NCBI GenBank assembly: GCA_046563655.1
Contig: CM102283.1
Location: forward strand, 8,060,001-8,124,000
DNA from: Yuukianura sp. NJ FZ-2021
Lineage: Eukaryota
Direction: 5' to 3'
Length of the DNA stretch: 64,000 nt
Part shown: in pieces, positions 49,229 through 62,078 of the stretch
Layout of the letters: each line of letters begins with the position of its first letter
Position numbering within the stretch: the first letter of the stretch is position 1
The notes under the pieces: model-generated
Seen by the model: only the letters and a program-made list of their open reading frames with translations
What the model was told of the DNA's origin: nothing
Database searches by the model: none
Position numbers and translations under genes: made by a program

Positions 49229-51577
49229 ATGGCTCTTAAAACTGTTGTTGGAAATAGTAAGTGGAAAATTATTCAGTACAACTCATGTGGGGTTGATCAT
49301 TGATCGTTACTTCCTTTTTTCCAGAAATTTTACGAGATGTTATTCACGGATGTACCGAACCTAGTAGACCAATGGAAGTCAACGGGCGACGATTCACAAT
49401 TCCTTGGAGAATTCTTGTTGTTGATCATAATTCGATGCGGACCATTTCTTCCTGTTGCAAGATGCATACGATTGCCTTAGAAGGTATTCTCCTTGTGGAA
49501 AGTGTAACCAAGAAACGACAACGTTTTCCAAAATATGAAGCCATTTATTTGCTAACTCCAAACGAAGAATCCGTCGATGCACTAATCAATGACTTCAAAG
49601 ATAAACCAACCTATGGAAGGATACACGTGTTCTTTACTGAAGGTAAACTAACAAGTTAACTACGAACATTAAATGCTGAAATACTGGAAGCATCATTTTA
49701 AATCATGTTTCATTCCAGGATGTCCTGATGCCCTGTTCACCAAACTTGGCCAATCAAAATGTGCTTCCCACATTGCTACACTAAAGGAAATGGAATTTGC
49801 ATTTATACCATACGAAAGTCAAGTATTCACGTTGGATTGTCCAGAGATGTTCAAGTTGTACTATGCAGATCCTGCCCTGTCAGCGGACAACCTTGCTTTC
49901 GGCAAAATGGCTGAGCAAATCGCAACTCTATGCGCATCTCTCGGAGAATACCCATATGTCCGCTACAGGTTAGAAAAAACTCTTCTAGACATCAAGTTTA
50001 AAACGACTGTTGTTAACTTTGTTGTCTTTATAGTGTTTACGGTAACGTCGAAAACAACTCTCGTCTTGCACAACTCGTTCAGCGACACTTGGAAAACTAC
50101 AAGTCAGAGAACATGCAAACGATGGGGCAAGGCACTGAAAAAGAGAAATCCCAGCTTATCATCTTGGATCGTAGCTTCGACTGCGTAACCCCAGTGCTAC
50201 ATGAACTTACTTTTCAGGCAATGTCATACGACCTCCTGGATATTGAAAATGACATCTACAAGCCAAAGAATCCAGACGGAAAAGTTGAGCAGGAAATTAC
50301 TCTGGATGAAAGCAACGATCTGTGGTGTGACCTCAGACACAAAAACATCGGATATGCGTCACAGTATGGCATCACTCTTTTCAAGTAATTGAGTTAATTC
50401 AATTTTTAACTGATTGCTTTCCTTTCAAAAGGCAAATCTCCAAAGAAATCAAGGCGTTCAAGGCAAATAAAAAGGGAGTGTCGGATGTTGATGCAACGAA
50501 TGTCAAGGATTTGACTAAACTTATCAAGCAAGTACCGCAGTACCAAAAAGATTTGAAGAAATACAACACCAATTTCAGGTTGGCCGAAGATTGTGTAAAG
50601 CAACAGGAAAGAGTTCGCCTTTTGTGCAAAATTGAACAGGTAACTTTTCAAAACTTGGAATTTAAGAAAACCTGTTTACTATTTCAAAAATTGGTGAATT
50701 TCAGGATCTGGCAATTGGAAAAAACGAAAACGGAGAAACAATCAAGGATTACATGTCAATTTTGAATCCAGTTTTGTTAGACTCTTTTGCTGGAGTGACG
50801 GAATACGACAAAATTCGAGTTCTAATTCTTTACATACTCAACCAAAATGGGATTTCAGAAGAAAAACTGAACAAAGTTCTTCAACATGGAAATGTGGAAT
50901 CTTATCGTTCAATTATTACCAACTTGGATAAAATGGGAATCAACGTCACAAATGACCCGGTAAGTATTCATCAAGAACTTATTAACTTCAAGATTGCTTA
51001 ATTGAAGTAATCGATTATTTCAATTCTCGAATGTTAGCGCAACCAAAGTCGTATCACGCAAGTTCCACGCAACATAAAACTTGCCGAGCACTACAACGTC
51101 CTTGCAAGATGGACTCCAACAGTGAAGGAAATCATGGAGGATATAATTGCTGATAAACTGGACCGTAGAAGCTTTCCGTTTTTGGACGGTCGCGTTCCAG
51201 CTCCTGGTAAAGCTGGACATGCTGTCAGGTATGGAGCTTGAAACTTTGAAATTTTCGTATGAGTTTATGTTTTTTATAATTGCTGACTTTCTTCTCTTAA
51301 TTTAGCGCCCGATATGGTCATTGGCACTTGGAAAAGAATCAACAAACAGCAAGAGACGTTCCAAGGCTAATCGTTTTCATTGTCGGCGGCTTAACTTTTG
51401 CTGAAATGCGAAGTGCTTACGAAGTGACCGAAGCTGCCAAGAATTGGGACGTCGTAATCGGTAACTCCAGAAATCTAAAAGCTCAACCAGTGATTTTGTT
51501 GAAAACTTAATGTCATTTCAGGTTCAACTCATGTAATGGTGCCAACTTCATTTTTGAAGCAGTTGAAGGAACTTTGA
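49229..51577 (+). CDS. Rop: Sec1/Munc18 family protein (Rop/UNC-18/STXBP-like), multi-exon
   Basis: [35 protein letters not shown]...K.R....[66 protein letters not shown]...NGI.E, RWTP.VK.IMED and [10 protein letters not shown]....EMR.AYEVT...KNWDV.IGSTH. Stop at 51575-51577. Confidence 0.92.
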
Positions 51578-53144
51578 GTGCTTTACTCCACAAATGAAAC
51601 TTACAGAACAAAGTGATAGATTAACTAACACGGAACAACGACAGTATTTAGTAGTACTAACTTTAGAGTTAAAATCACGAGGAACAACAGGATTGAGGCA
51701 ACATTTGAAACGGAAGACTCCAGACTGTGTGAATCTTATCATTTCCGTTCAAAACTTCGTCGTCATCGTAAGATTTATTACCAAAAAATATTATGCTTAA
51801 GGAATTATGGTTTCCTGGTTTTAATTACTCGCATTTCTATAATTCTATAATTCTATGGTTCTATATTTTTAAATCTAAGTTAACCTATTCCTAACTTTTC
51901 ATTTCAAAGTGCTTAGTAATTATCTTTCTCTTACGCGGGTTTCGATTTTAACATGGTAGCAGGATTTTGAAACTTAATACGTCCATGATGTCACAATGTA
52001 AACGGAGGTACAGAAGGCATTTTATTTCAAAAATATAAAAATATCAAATTGTAATTCTGAGAACAACTAAAATCCAGTCGTCCAGGAATAAAACAATTTC
52101 GAACTGCTTTTGAAATTTATGCAATTCAAAATCATAAGAAAAACACTTTCATTTTAATTAAAAACTAAACTAATTTTTCAAATTATCAAAAAAAAATACA
52201 ATGGTTTCCCAATAACCTTGACTTTTTCAAACTCCTTCCTCTTTCCTACTGCTTGACCTCTTCCTTTTGACCTCTCGTTAATTGCAGATTGAATTCTCAA
52301 CATCTCAAGAATGAAGAAACCAAGAATGTAAAATTTTGATGCAGATTGATAGGAGTTTAAACGCCATTGATTCCAAGGAAGTGAAAATTTCTTCTAAAGT
52401 AAGAAAATTCACACAATTAATTATTTCAATTTTTCAAAAACTGCAATTTGATTTGTTCTGTGAAATTTTTCTCTTGTATTTCAGAATTTGTCGGCGTTCA
52501 TCCGTAGTACTTGGTGCTTTGGCGTTTCTGGTGCTTGGTGCTTGTTCAATTTTGGAACTTTACAGGAATTTGTATCCATATTCATCATGAGCACCCACCG
52601 ATGAATCTTCATAGCTCCACCGTGCATCACTCGTATTGTTTTGTTTTTCTTCTGCAACACGTAACACTTTTTGCTTAAGTGAGTCACTCAACTGTGTACT
52701 GTGAGTAAGTAAAGCTTATCTAGGCATTTCAATTCTTTAATCATTCTATACTGTACTATTCTTCCTCACCTGTACAGGCATACCTGAGTACTCTCTGAAG
52801 TGGCCACAACTTGACAATTGAGTTGCTCTTCATCCGCTTACCATCGACTCGCACTCTCGACCGCTGTCCCCGTCCAGAAAAACAGGCCTTCGGGGGTGTG
52901 GCAGGCGTGAGTCTACCTTATACAATACAGATTCCAAAGTTTATTCCTCTCTACGCATCAACAATGCAGATTTGAACTCATTGTTATTAATTTATTAATA
53001 CATTCCCCTTTTTTGCGTTTTGATTTTCAGAAAATGCAACATGGGAAACGGAAATGAAAAGGGGCTACCAGAGGTCATGAGAACATCAGCATCAGTATCA
53101 ACTGAAATACTTGTGAAGTGAATTGCATACGGAAGTATTTCAAC

Positions 53145-56100
53145 ATGGAAGCAACCGTGAGAGTTTGGGGTCAAACGTTTCTGGTCGTCATCATAACGAT
53201 TCTCAGTGTCCAGTGTCAACAAATTCCGTTTGATCAGTACTACTATGGATCTAGAAACCAAACGCCACGCCAAGGTGACATGACCAACTATGACAACAAC
53301 CAAAGTGGACGCCGTTATTTTACTAACGGAACGTTCATAACTGATGGAAACATTACTGAATTCTACAATCCAGAAGTTTATGGTCAAGGGACACCTAGGA
53401 GGGGAATTGGCGATGAACGCTACGGTCAACAAGCAATTCCACCCGGAAATCCGAATTATGATGTCAGGCAAGATAAAACTTTTTTAGGAAGTGGAAACAC
53501 AGTGAATCAGTTTCCTCCTCCACCTCTGAATCAGAATCCGACCAATCAGCATCCTCAGATTCAGAATCCGACCAATCAGAATCCTCAGAATCCGACCAAT
53601 CAGAATCAACCTTACAACTATGATGACCGGGGTCAGCGCAATCCTTATAGGAATCCTACTGATTTACAACAAAATCGAAACAATTACGTCCAAGATGGTG
53701 ATTTACGTCGTGAAGGTTCTGGAAGTTACATTAATCAAAACATTAATCCGTCCCAAGCTCCGCCCCCAATACTGCCAAATGTGCCTTACAACAATTACAA
53801 CTATCCAAGTGATCCTTACCCCAAAAGTGTTCCAAATTATAACAACTACACAAACCAACCACGGTGGAATCCGAATCCTGCCGAAGATCCTCGACGAAGC
53901 AACTATCAAGATGGACGTGGAAACTATGGCAGTGGTGCTGGCGGAGGCATTCCACCAATCCAAGACAATCCTTATAGAAGTCAAGGTCAACAGACGTATC
54001 CTATTGGAGACAATACTCAAAGAAACTACCAATCACAGGGTCAACAACCTTACTATCCAACCAATCCTGGAGGAGTTGGTGCTTATCCGGGAACTGGAGG
54101 AGGAAGAAACTGGAACTACCAAGGAGGACGTGGTTCCTTTGATCCTGGCGATCCTAATAGAAATATATGGAATGAACATTGGTCAACGACGACAATACGT
54201 CCAATTGCCCCTGGAGTGTTGGGATCCTGGCGACCTGAGTTGCAGGGCAAGCAGAGGCTGGATGACCTTTACAAAGTTCCAGAAACTGTTTTCGTACAAA
54301 CCACTTACGGACGTGTCCAGGTAAATTTTGAAAATCATTAAAAACTTCAAAAAAGTTCAAAATTTCAACAATTTGGTATGATTTTCAGGGATTCAAGGTA
54401 AAGCTGTACGACGGTCCAGGAGTTCCAATGTCAGTACGTCCGGGAGCGTCGAATGTTGACCGAGTCCAAGCTGTCGTATCATCTTTCGTAGGAATTCCAT
54501 GTATGAAGCTTTTTGAAAAATTTTCAAGATTCCTCAGCACTTTTTTCGATTTTGTAGATTTACATTGTTATTTTTTTCTCAGATGCTAAGCCGCCAATCA
54601 ACGAAGGCAGATTTCGTCCCCCAAGGCCACATCCAGGCTGGCAGATTCATCAAGCCATTGAATTCGGTCCAGCGTGTCCACAACCTGCCAGATTCTTTGG
54701 CTACACCGCTGGCATTGTCCAAGTTAGTGAAGATTGTCTCTACCTCAATGTGTATTCTCCAGATGTAGGCTCTGGAGCTCCAGAATCTCCGTTTCCTGTG
54801 CTGTTCTACATTCATGATGGAGATTTCATACACGGTGGATCACAGACTTTCCCACCTCACCAAATTGTCGCGTGGCACAAAGTCGTTGTGGTGACTGTCA
54901 ACTTCCGGCTAGGAGCCCTTGGATTCCTGTCTACTGCAGATGAATTTTCTCCCGGGAATTATGGAATGCTTGACTTGTCACTGGCACTCCACTGGGTCCA
55001 TGCCACTATCCGATCTTTCAATGGCGATCCGGAGAGAATCACGCTAGTGGGGTTAGGGTCTGGAGCTGCTGCCGCTGGTCTCATGATGGTAATACCGAAA
55101 ATCATACTGCGCATGTGCTGGATTTGCATAAAGTGAATCTTTTCTTTGTTTTTTTTTGCAGTTGTCTCCAAGGACGCGTGGATTTGTGAAAAACGTGGTG
55201 GCTTTACAAGGTGCTCCTACTGCTGATTGGGCAGCGATCAACGACATGTATCGCTTACAGAACACAACACAGCTTTTCTCACTCAAACTTGGTTGCTGGA
55301 ACCAGTGGGACACTACTTCATGGAGCATGGTTCAATGTCTCAGGAGCCGAAGCTGGCAAGAATTGGCAAATCTGGAATTGGACGTAAGAAGTTAATTGAC
55401 AACTTACTGATTAATTGACATCTTCAAAGAGAATGTAATTGTGATGATTCTGATTTTAGCCTGATGTGGGAACTTTTCCTTGGTCGCCAGCGGTGGACAG
55501 AGAATTCAAAGTGCCCGTGAACTCTCCTGAACCTGAATGGGCCGAAGAGCATTGGAGATTCCTTCCTGATACTCCAGAAAACTTGTTACGTCGTGGAGAG
55601 TATCCGTATGTCAAGTACATGACAGGATCATCTCGACAGGTAAAATCTAACAAAATACTGATAAATGCTGGCAGCACAAATGCATCGTATAACTACGCCT
55701 CATTTTCAGGCTGCTGCCGACTTGCTCTACGAAAATAAAACGTTGGCGCCAAATTTCGTCGTAACGCGGGAATGGTTTGATCAAATGATACATCTCTGGG
55801 TCAAAAAGTACAACTACACGCTGAATCCTGAAGGCGTGTTCTCTGCCATCCGATACTCCTACACATACTGGCCAGATCCAATGAACACTACGCATTTACG
55901 CGAAGAATACATCAACGTAAGACATACGTTTTAATATAACATGAATAACATACTCTTATGTTCTAAAGGCGTAGCATAACTTACTGTAAATATTTGTTCC
56001 AGTTTTTATCAGATGCATTGTATCGTGCTCCGATTGATCAGACCATGAAGCTACTTCTAGCCCGTGGCATCCAAGTCCATTCCTACATTCTCAATTACAC

Positions 56101-57143
56101 AATGGAGGGGCTCCATTTACCCGAATGGCGGGAAACTCCTAGGAATCTTGAGTATTACTTACTCTGTGGAGCACCATTTATGGATTCTGAGTTCATTCCA
56201 GAGCGACTGCGCATTGACAGATCTGCTTGGACAGAAGGGGATCGAAACATGAGTCAGTTTCTGATGGAAGCAGTGGCCAATATGGCACACTACGGAAGTC
56301 CAACTCCGAGAGAAATCTTGGGTGTGTACTGGGAACGTGCTACTCCAGCTGATTTGAAGTATTTGGCTCTCAATGGCACCAACAATTCTACTATGCAGAG
56401 GAACTATCGTCAGAGAGAGCTTACGTTTTGGACAGGTATCAACCTTAAGGATTTCAAACAAAAATAAGCAGTGTACTAACAAATGTGAAAACTTTTAGAG
56501 TACATGCCGTTCGTCGTCGGCAGATACGTTCCCACCTACGCTCCAACAACTGAATATTGGTAAGCACCCAGCATCAAACACTAAAATTAGACATAGACTT
56601 TGACTCTTTTTCAACTTTGTTATAATCTTAGGTGGGAACCTAACGAACCACTGCAAATAGCTTTTTGGTCAGTGAGCGGGATATGCTTAATTTTAATCGT
56701 GATGTTGGTGGCGTGTTGTCTCCTTTGGAGAACAGCTAAAAAGCAGCGTGATCGTGTATATCAGGACTACGGACCTGGGAATCATCCAATGTCAGTTGGT
56801 CCACCAGGTAAAACACTACTAAGAAATGGTAAAAATTGTAGTGTATTGTATTTTATGAATCATATTAAGTATACTGACTGAATTCCTTTCAGTTGGACCG
56901 GGTGATGAGCTCTTATCGGAGTACGCAGCATCAGTGAAAACAGCAGATTCAATCGACTCGGGAGTCAAATTAAGCCATAATCCCAATCCACAACAAATGG
57001 AGCAGCATCCACTTTTTCAATCACAGTCACAGATCCATAGGAACCCTGCTGCCGTGTCACAAGCGACGCTTGCTAGCCGTGACAGGTATCCAGTACCCAA
57101 ACGTGCACTTCGTACACCCGATTCTTCACAAACGCAGGTTTAG
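53145..57143 (+). CDS. Non-catalytic carboxylesterase-domain (neuroligin/gliotactin-class) type I membrane protein with a long N/Q/P/G/Y-rich N-terminal region
   Basis: Signal peptide MEATVRVWGQTFLVVIITILSVQC and ~370 aa of low complexity. COesterase motifs FVGIPYAKPP...RF.PP, SEDCLYLNVYSP, VVVTVNFRLGALGFLST, GNYGMLD...AL.WV...I.SFNGDP.RITL, with GLGSG in place of GxSxG. TM IAFWSVSGICLILIVMLVACCLLW and a C-terminal TQV PDZ-binding motif. Confidence 0.85.
53531..53603 (+). repeat. Coding tandem repeat, 3 x TCAGAATCCGACCAATCAG (QNPTNQ)
   Basis: Copies at 53531-53549, 53561-53579 and 53585-53603. Confidence 0.85.
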
Positions 57144-57744
57144 TAGTAAGATCCGTCCACTTTCATTTAGAATAGTAAACAAGTCACAAGCCTATTTTAA
57201 GTTAAGTTAGGGAACACGAGAAACTAATCACGCATGCCAATGTTTTAAGATTATTTACAAATAACTTCAGCAGACACACCTCACTGTCAACTGTCAAGGA
57301 TTTTAGTTTTTAGGGAGATGGTGATTATACTGCCAGTAGCTTTACTAGAAATGGCCAAACGTTATGATTTTTATCTGCCGCTTTTATAGTCCATAAGATT
57401 ACAAACTAATGATCTCAATCTTAATATAACGGACAACAAGTGTAGTTGTAGTATGTTAATGGTTGTTTAATTTATTGAGCTCAAAGGAACCCACCATGAC
57501 ACACCAAAATATTGGAAGTATTTAGAAATTAATCATAAAAAGGTGGAATGTGTTCAACTACGCTAAACTGTTTTGATATTTGCATTTTGTTATACTAAAA
57601 ATGTTTAGTACGACAGTTTGAAAAATCTAGGTTCTAGAAAGTTTAACTTCAGCTGCAAGAAACCCATTCGGATATCAATAAAATACTGAAAGAAATCTGG
57701 ACTTCTGAGCTTATAAATTAACTTGAATTTTGTCAAGAGTAACC

Positions 57745-58269
57745 TTACCAATGGCGCAGAGAGCTCGAAGATTGGGGACGTACTGGTGACGAAGGCTGCG
57801 GTGATGGTGGTGGTTCTGGTGCTGGTGAGGATGACTGCGGCGGATGCCGAGGTTGGTTATAATTATGATGTCGTTGATTCTGAGAATGGTATCGCTGGTC
57901 CCCTCCACTGCTGCCACCTCTAGGGAATCTATTATTGGCTGGTCTGGGTTGACGATTCCATCGAAGAACGAACAGCGGATGAGGCGGACATGTCCTTTTC
58001 AATTCAGCGACGTACCCTGGATCTTGATCTGTGTACAACGTTGGTTGTGTTTCGAGTAAATCGATGTCTTCTTCGTCTATCTCTTCTTCTTCGGTACTCT
58101 CCTCTTCAGGATCATGTTCTGGCTCCTAATGACCATAAGTACGTTAGTTAAGATAGTCGTCATTCAATTCTTCAATTCACTAACGTAAATAGCAGCATCT
58201 TAGTACTGATTTGTCACTTACGCTATCAGAATCAGTTTCGGTCTCTGTGTCCCTTTCCGGTTGCTCCAT
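57745..58269 (-). CDS. Hypothetical acidic and Pro/Ser-rich protein, about 142 aa, 2 exons
   Basis: Exon 58269-58222 (MEQPERDTETETDSDS, GTAAGT donor) joins in frame to 58125-57745 (EPEHDPEEESTEEEEIDEED...CPPHPLFVLRWNRQPR...PPPSPQPSSP). No family recognised. Confidence 0.55.
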
Positions 58270-59041
58270 TTCGTCTAATCAGTGATGATGAAAAACCGCT
58301 CTTCAGAATCAGAAGCTCCACGATAAAAGTAATTGATAATTTATAATTGATTGAAGGGCATACCGGCGCACGTAAAAAGTTAATAAAAATCAATTGAAGA
58401 AGTTAATTGAATTAGAAATGGCACGGGGAAATTTGACAGAAAAGGAAAACAAAAAGACGCTTGAGATTTGCAAAAATAAAAAGAATAATTCAAAATCTCA
58501 TTTTCCCGCTGGAATTTTTTGCCCGCCTAATTGGGGCACGCTGAGATACTGTCGTTAGCTTCAAAACATGTGAAAGTTTTAAAATTTATAAGAAAATTAC
58601 ACTGACCTCGTGACCTCTGACCTTAATAAATTTATCTTGGTACAACTTATTTCTCAACTACTGTCCAAATTTCAAACCATTTTGGCACTTTTTTTAACAT
58701 CAGTTCGATCGTATGCATGGGGACTGGGGTAACTTGTTTTCTACCCCCACGTACGTCACACAATTTGTACTGTCAATGCCAGTTACTGTATATACCACAT
58801 GTAAGATTTCATTTTCACAATGCGATTGGTGTAGGTTGACTACTGCTGACTATTTTTGCGAATTGCGAGACAGAACAATGGGTAGAACAGCTGTTAATAC
58901 CAGTGCATTGTGACGTTTCGTTTTATTACAAGTTAGCTTAACAAGTAAGCACTAAAATGCGAAACTTTTATTTAAAATGGTATAACTTTCAATACTCAAG
59001 GATATAACTAGTGCCGATATCGCATTAAGTTTAACGAAGAA

Positions 59042-60603
59042 ATGGCCGCTACTTGCATGGATAAGCATCAACAATGTCAGATGTCACACCGAGAAAAAAT
59101 GGTGACCTCGTTAGCAATTTGGTTCGGAACGTTCTCTATGGTGAGTCAGTTGTTTGGAGAAAGTCTCATTTTTCAATTTTTATATATTAAATTCTTGAAC
59201 GCTGTCATTACTTTATGTCAATTGTAGGGCGTATCCTCTGGATTCATTGGTCCATCACTAATAGAATTCAGCAGAAAATTTGATACTGATGTTGCTGCCG
59301 TTTCAAAAGTATTTTCAGTTCATACCGTGGCATTCGTTACCGGCGCTTTCACAAGTACACTTTTACAATATACAAACTCAAAATTTAAAAATTTGACTTT
59401 TTCTTTTACAATGCTGAATCTTTTTTGATTCTAGGTGGATTTGTGTTTAACCACGTCAATCGTCAACTAGTATCAGCGCTTCTTCTAGTCCTAATGGGAG
59501 CTACAGTAATCTCGTTGCCACTTGTGCCATCTCTGATTCCATTCTTCGCAGCATCTTTTATCCAAGCACTTTGTGCTGCTGGATACGATACTTCCCAAAT
59601 CGTCTGGATGATTGAACTCTGGGAAGGTGACGCTGCAGCGTTCATCCAGACCCAACATTTCAGCTATGCCGCTGGAGCCTTCTTCAGTCCAACAATCGTC
59701 AAGTCGTTTCTGCCAGAAGATTCAAATTTACCGCTTCAGAATACTTCAAAATCCGAAAATGGAACACTTTTCCCGCCAATTTTAAGTGTATCAACTTCCG
59801 ATTCAGCTCCGTTGCTCTATGTTCCATTTCTAATTGGCGGATTAATCACAATTACCAGTGGACTCTTCATCTTAACTTTGTACAAAATCAAGAAATATGA
59901 AAAACCTTCAGGAGGGGAACCAAATCACAAGGAATTGGAACATTTCAATTTCAAATTCCCTAAATCTCCGCGCCGAAAGCTACTTCTAATGCTATCTTCT
60001 TTGTTCATTGGCTTTTATGGTGGCATGGAAGGTTCAGCATTCCACTTTCTATCAGCATTTAGTCACTTCATTGACTTGCGATTGTCTCAACGACAGGCAG
60101 CAGGAGTCATCTGTATGTTTTCTGGTGCTTTTACGTTAGGAAGAGCCCTTGGAATCGGAATCGTCCTGAGAATTCCTTCTGAACTACTGCTCAGTGCAAA
60201 TTTTGTGATAATTTTAGCGGGAAATTTGTTTTTGTACTTTTCTAACGATTCATGGTTAGCTTTACATGTGGCAGCTCTAGTCCTTGGACTTGGATACTCG
60301 ACAGTATTTGCCGGGTACTTTGGATTTTTAGAAAAACATGTTGAAGTTGGAAACATGGAGGGATCTATAATCATTGCAGCAGCCAGTTCCATGTCAAGTT
60401 TTTATCCACTTGTGATTGGTGGATGGATTGAGCAGTTACCGTATGTACTATTTCGTGCTAATATGTTTAGTGTATGTTGTGGTGCATTGACATTCCTTTG
60501 TATTTGGAACATTGCTTCGAATAGAACAGTTTCTAAATGTAATGACTTTCACCTTGACCCAGACGATGAAAACTGCATACCGATTCTACGTCATCCGGAG
60601 TAA
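59042..60603 (+). CDS. MFS transporter, MFSD4/sodium-dependent glucose transporter 1 (NaGLT1)-like, about 464 aa, 3 exons
   Basis: Exons 59042-59140, 59228-59354 and 59435-60603. About 12 hydrophobic segments. Motifs G.....FIGPSL, G.VFN.VNRQ, YDT...VWMIELW......FIQ..HF.YA.G....P and F.LGR.LGI. Confidence 0.85.
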
Positions 60604-60806
60604 TTATGACGTCATTCCCTGTAATACTTTTTGCAATAATTTTTGTATTAAAAACTACACAATTGATGAAAATGAGTTAGCACGTGGAAGTCGTTAAGAA
60701 ATTTTCACACACGGATGATGCAAGCACATTTCCAGCATGACGTGCTCTTGAGTCGCTAAATACTCTGATTTTATTTTTTGTAAAATTGTACTTTTTATGA
60801 AAAAAT

Positions 60807-62078
60807 TCATAGCGTTTGTTTACACAATGGACAGCAGTCCAAAGTACTTTCTTTCAAGTACAGGCGGAGACAGTTGGCATGAAAAAAATGGCGACATTTT
60901 GTCACCCTCACTTGACTTTGGAGAGTATTGAGGCAAACGGGACAAACGTCGTCGAGGTCCTTAACTTCCTCTGGATTGGCCAATCTGAAAGTAGCTACTC
61001 TGTCCCACTCTCGGTCAATGACCCCCATGACCTTCTTAATATTTTTGTATTGCAAGTAAACGTTATGATACAAAGCAACGGAACATAGTTTAGGACTTGA
61101 GCGGAACGCTGGCAGCATCACAAGTACGTTGAGCAGAAGTGCTGCGCAGTGTTCGAGAAGTTGGAGGTAGAGTGACTCGAGGCCCTGGATTGGTTCAATG
61201 CTCAGTCCGAAGTTGGCGGGAAGTTTGAATTTGTCTTCAATTAGCAAGTAGTAGGTCAACGTCAAGAATGTGTACTTGAGTGGTGGGAAAGTTGACGTAA
61301 ACGAATCCAGTTGAAGAACTTAAAAAAAAGACAAGTTTGAGATAAGGCACGATTTTGGTTTAAAAGTTAATGTATTTTTAAACAAATTGGAACATGATAG
61401 CTCAACCTAATTTTATGTAACTCAGAAAAATGTTCTTACCTAGCAGAAATGTAATGAAAGTGGCCACAAACGTCACGATTTTTGTCCACTCCAAAACGAG
61501 TTTAGTTGCAGACATGGCTAAATGACGTACATTGGTTGAATTTGAAATTGATACAGTGGCCCATGTCTCCTCTCCTCTCACTCCGAGTTCCTTCAAGTAC
61601 TGAATGAGGTATGTTCCAAAATGGTAGAAAATTAGCGTGTACAGACTAGTTCTGCGGTCCAATCCAAAGGATTTGTCGGCCATTGAAAAGAAAATGATCT
61701 AAAAACGAAAATTTTTGGTCAAATTTTGTGCTTGCGACTTTCTCTTTGTGAAATTTTCCAAGAAATTGTTACTTGATTGACGAGAATGGCGGTGCTTGAC
61801 CCTAGAAACTTCATTTCGAGTCGATCAATGCTTTGACCTAGGGTAATCCACAGTTTTGGACTTGACCTGGACCAGGTCAACCTTAAATGTCGGAAGACAG
61901 TGTCCAATGGGTAGAGGTAAATAACCCAGGCGGTTAATAGCCCCTGACGTCCAAGGAGCAACGGAAGTAGCAAAAGTGGTAACACTGGAATGCATAAAAA
62001 ATTACTTCGTTTGACGTCAGTAGTAGTACTCAACATTATAACATTATTAAAGTAATGAGTGGGAAAGTACAAATCCAT
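60807..62078 (-). CDS. Multi-pass membrane RING-H2 E3 ubiquitin ligase with a TRC8/RNF145-like C-terminus, about 358 aa, 3 exons
   Basis: Exons 62078-61773, 61698-61440 and 61318-60807. Several TM segments, then Y.NVYL.....A..EE...LDDVCPVCL......RVTKCRHFFHANCLR.YL......CPLCKQ (C3H2C3). Confidence 0.85.

Noticed and set aside
53620-54324. 234-aa alternative-frame ORF overlapping the neuroligin-like N-terminal exon
   Set aside because: An Ile/Thr-rich frame-shift shadow of N/Q/Y/P codons; no independent evidence of coding.
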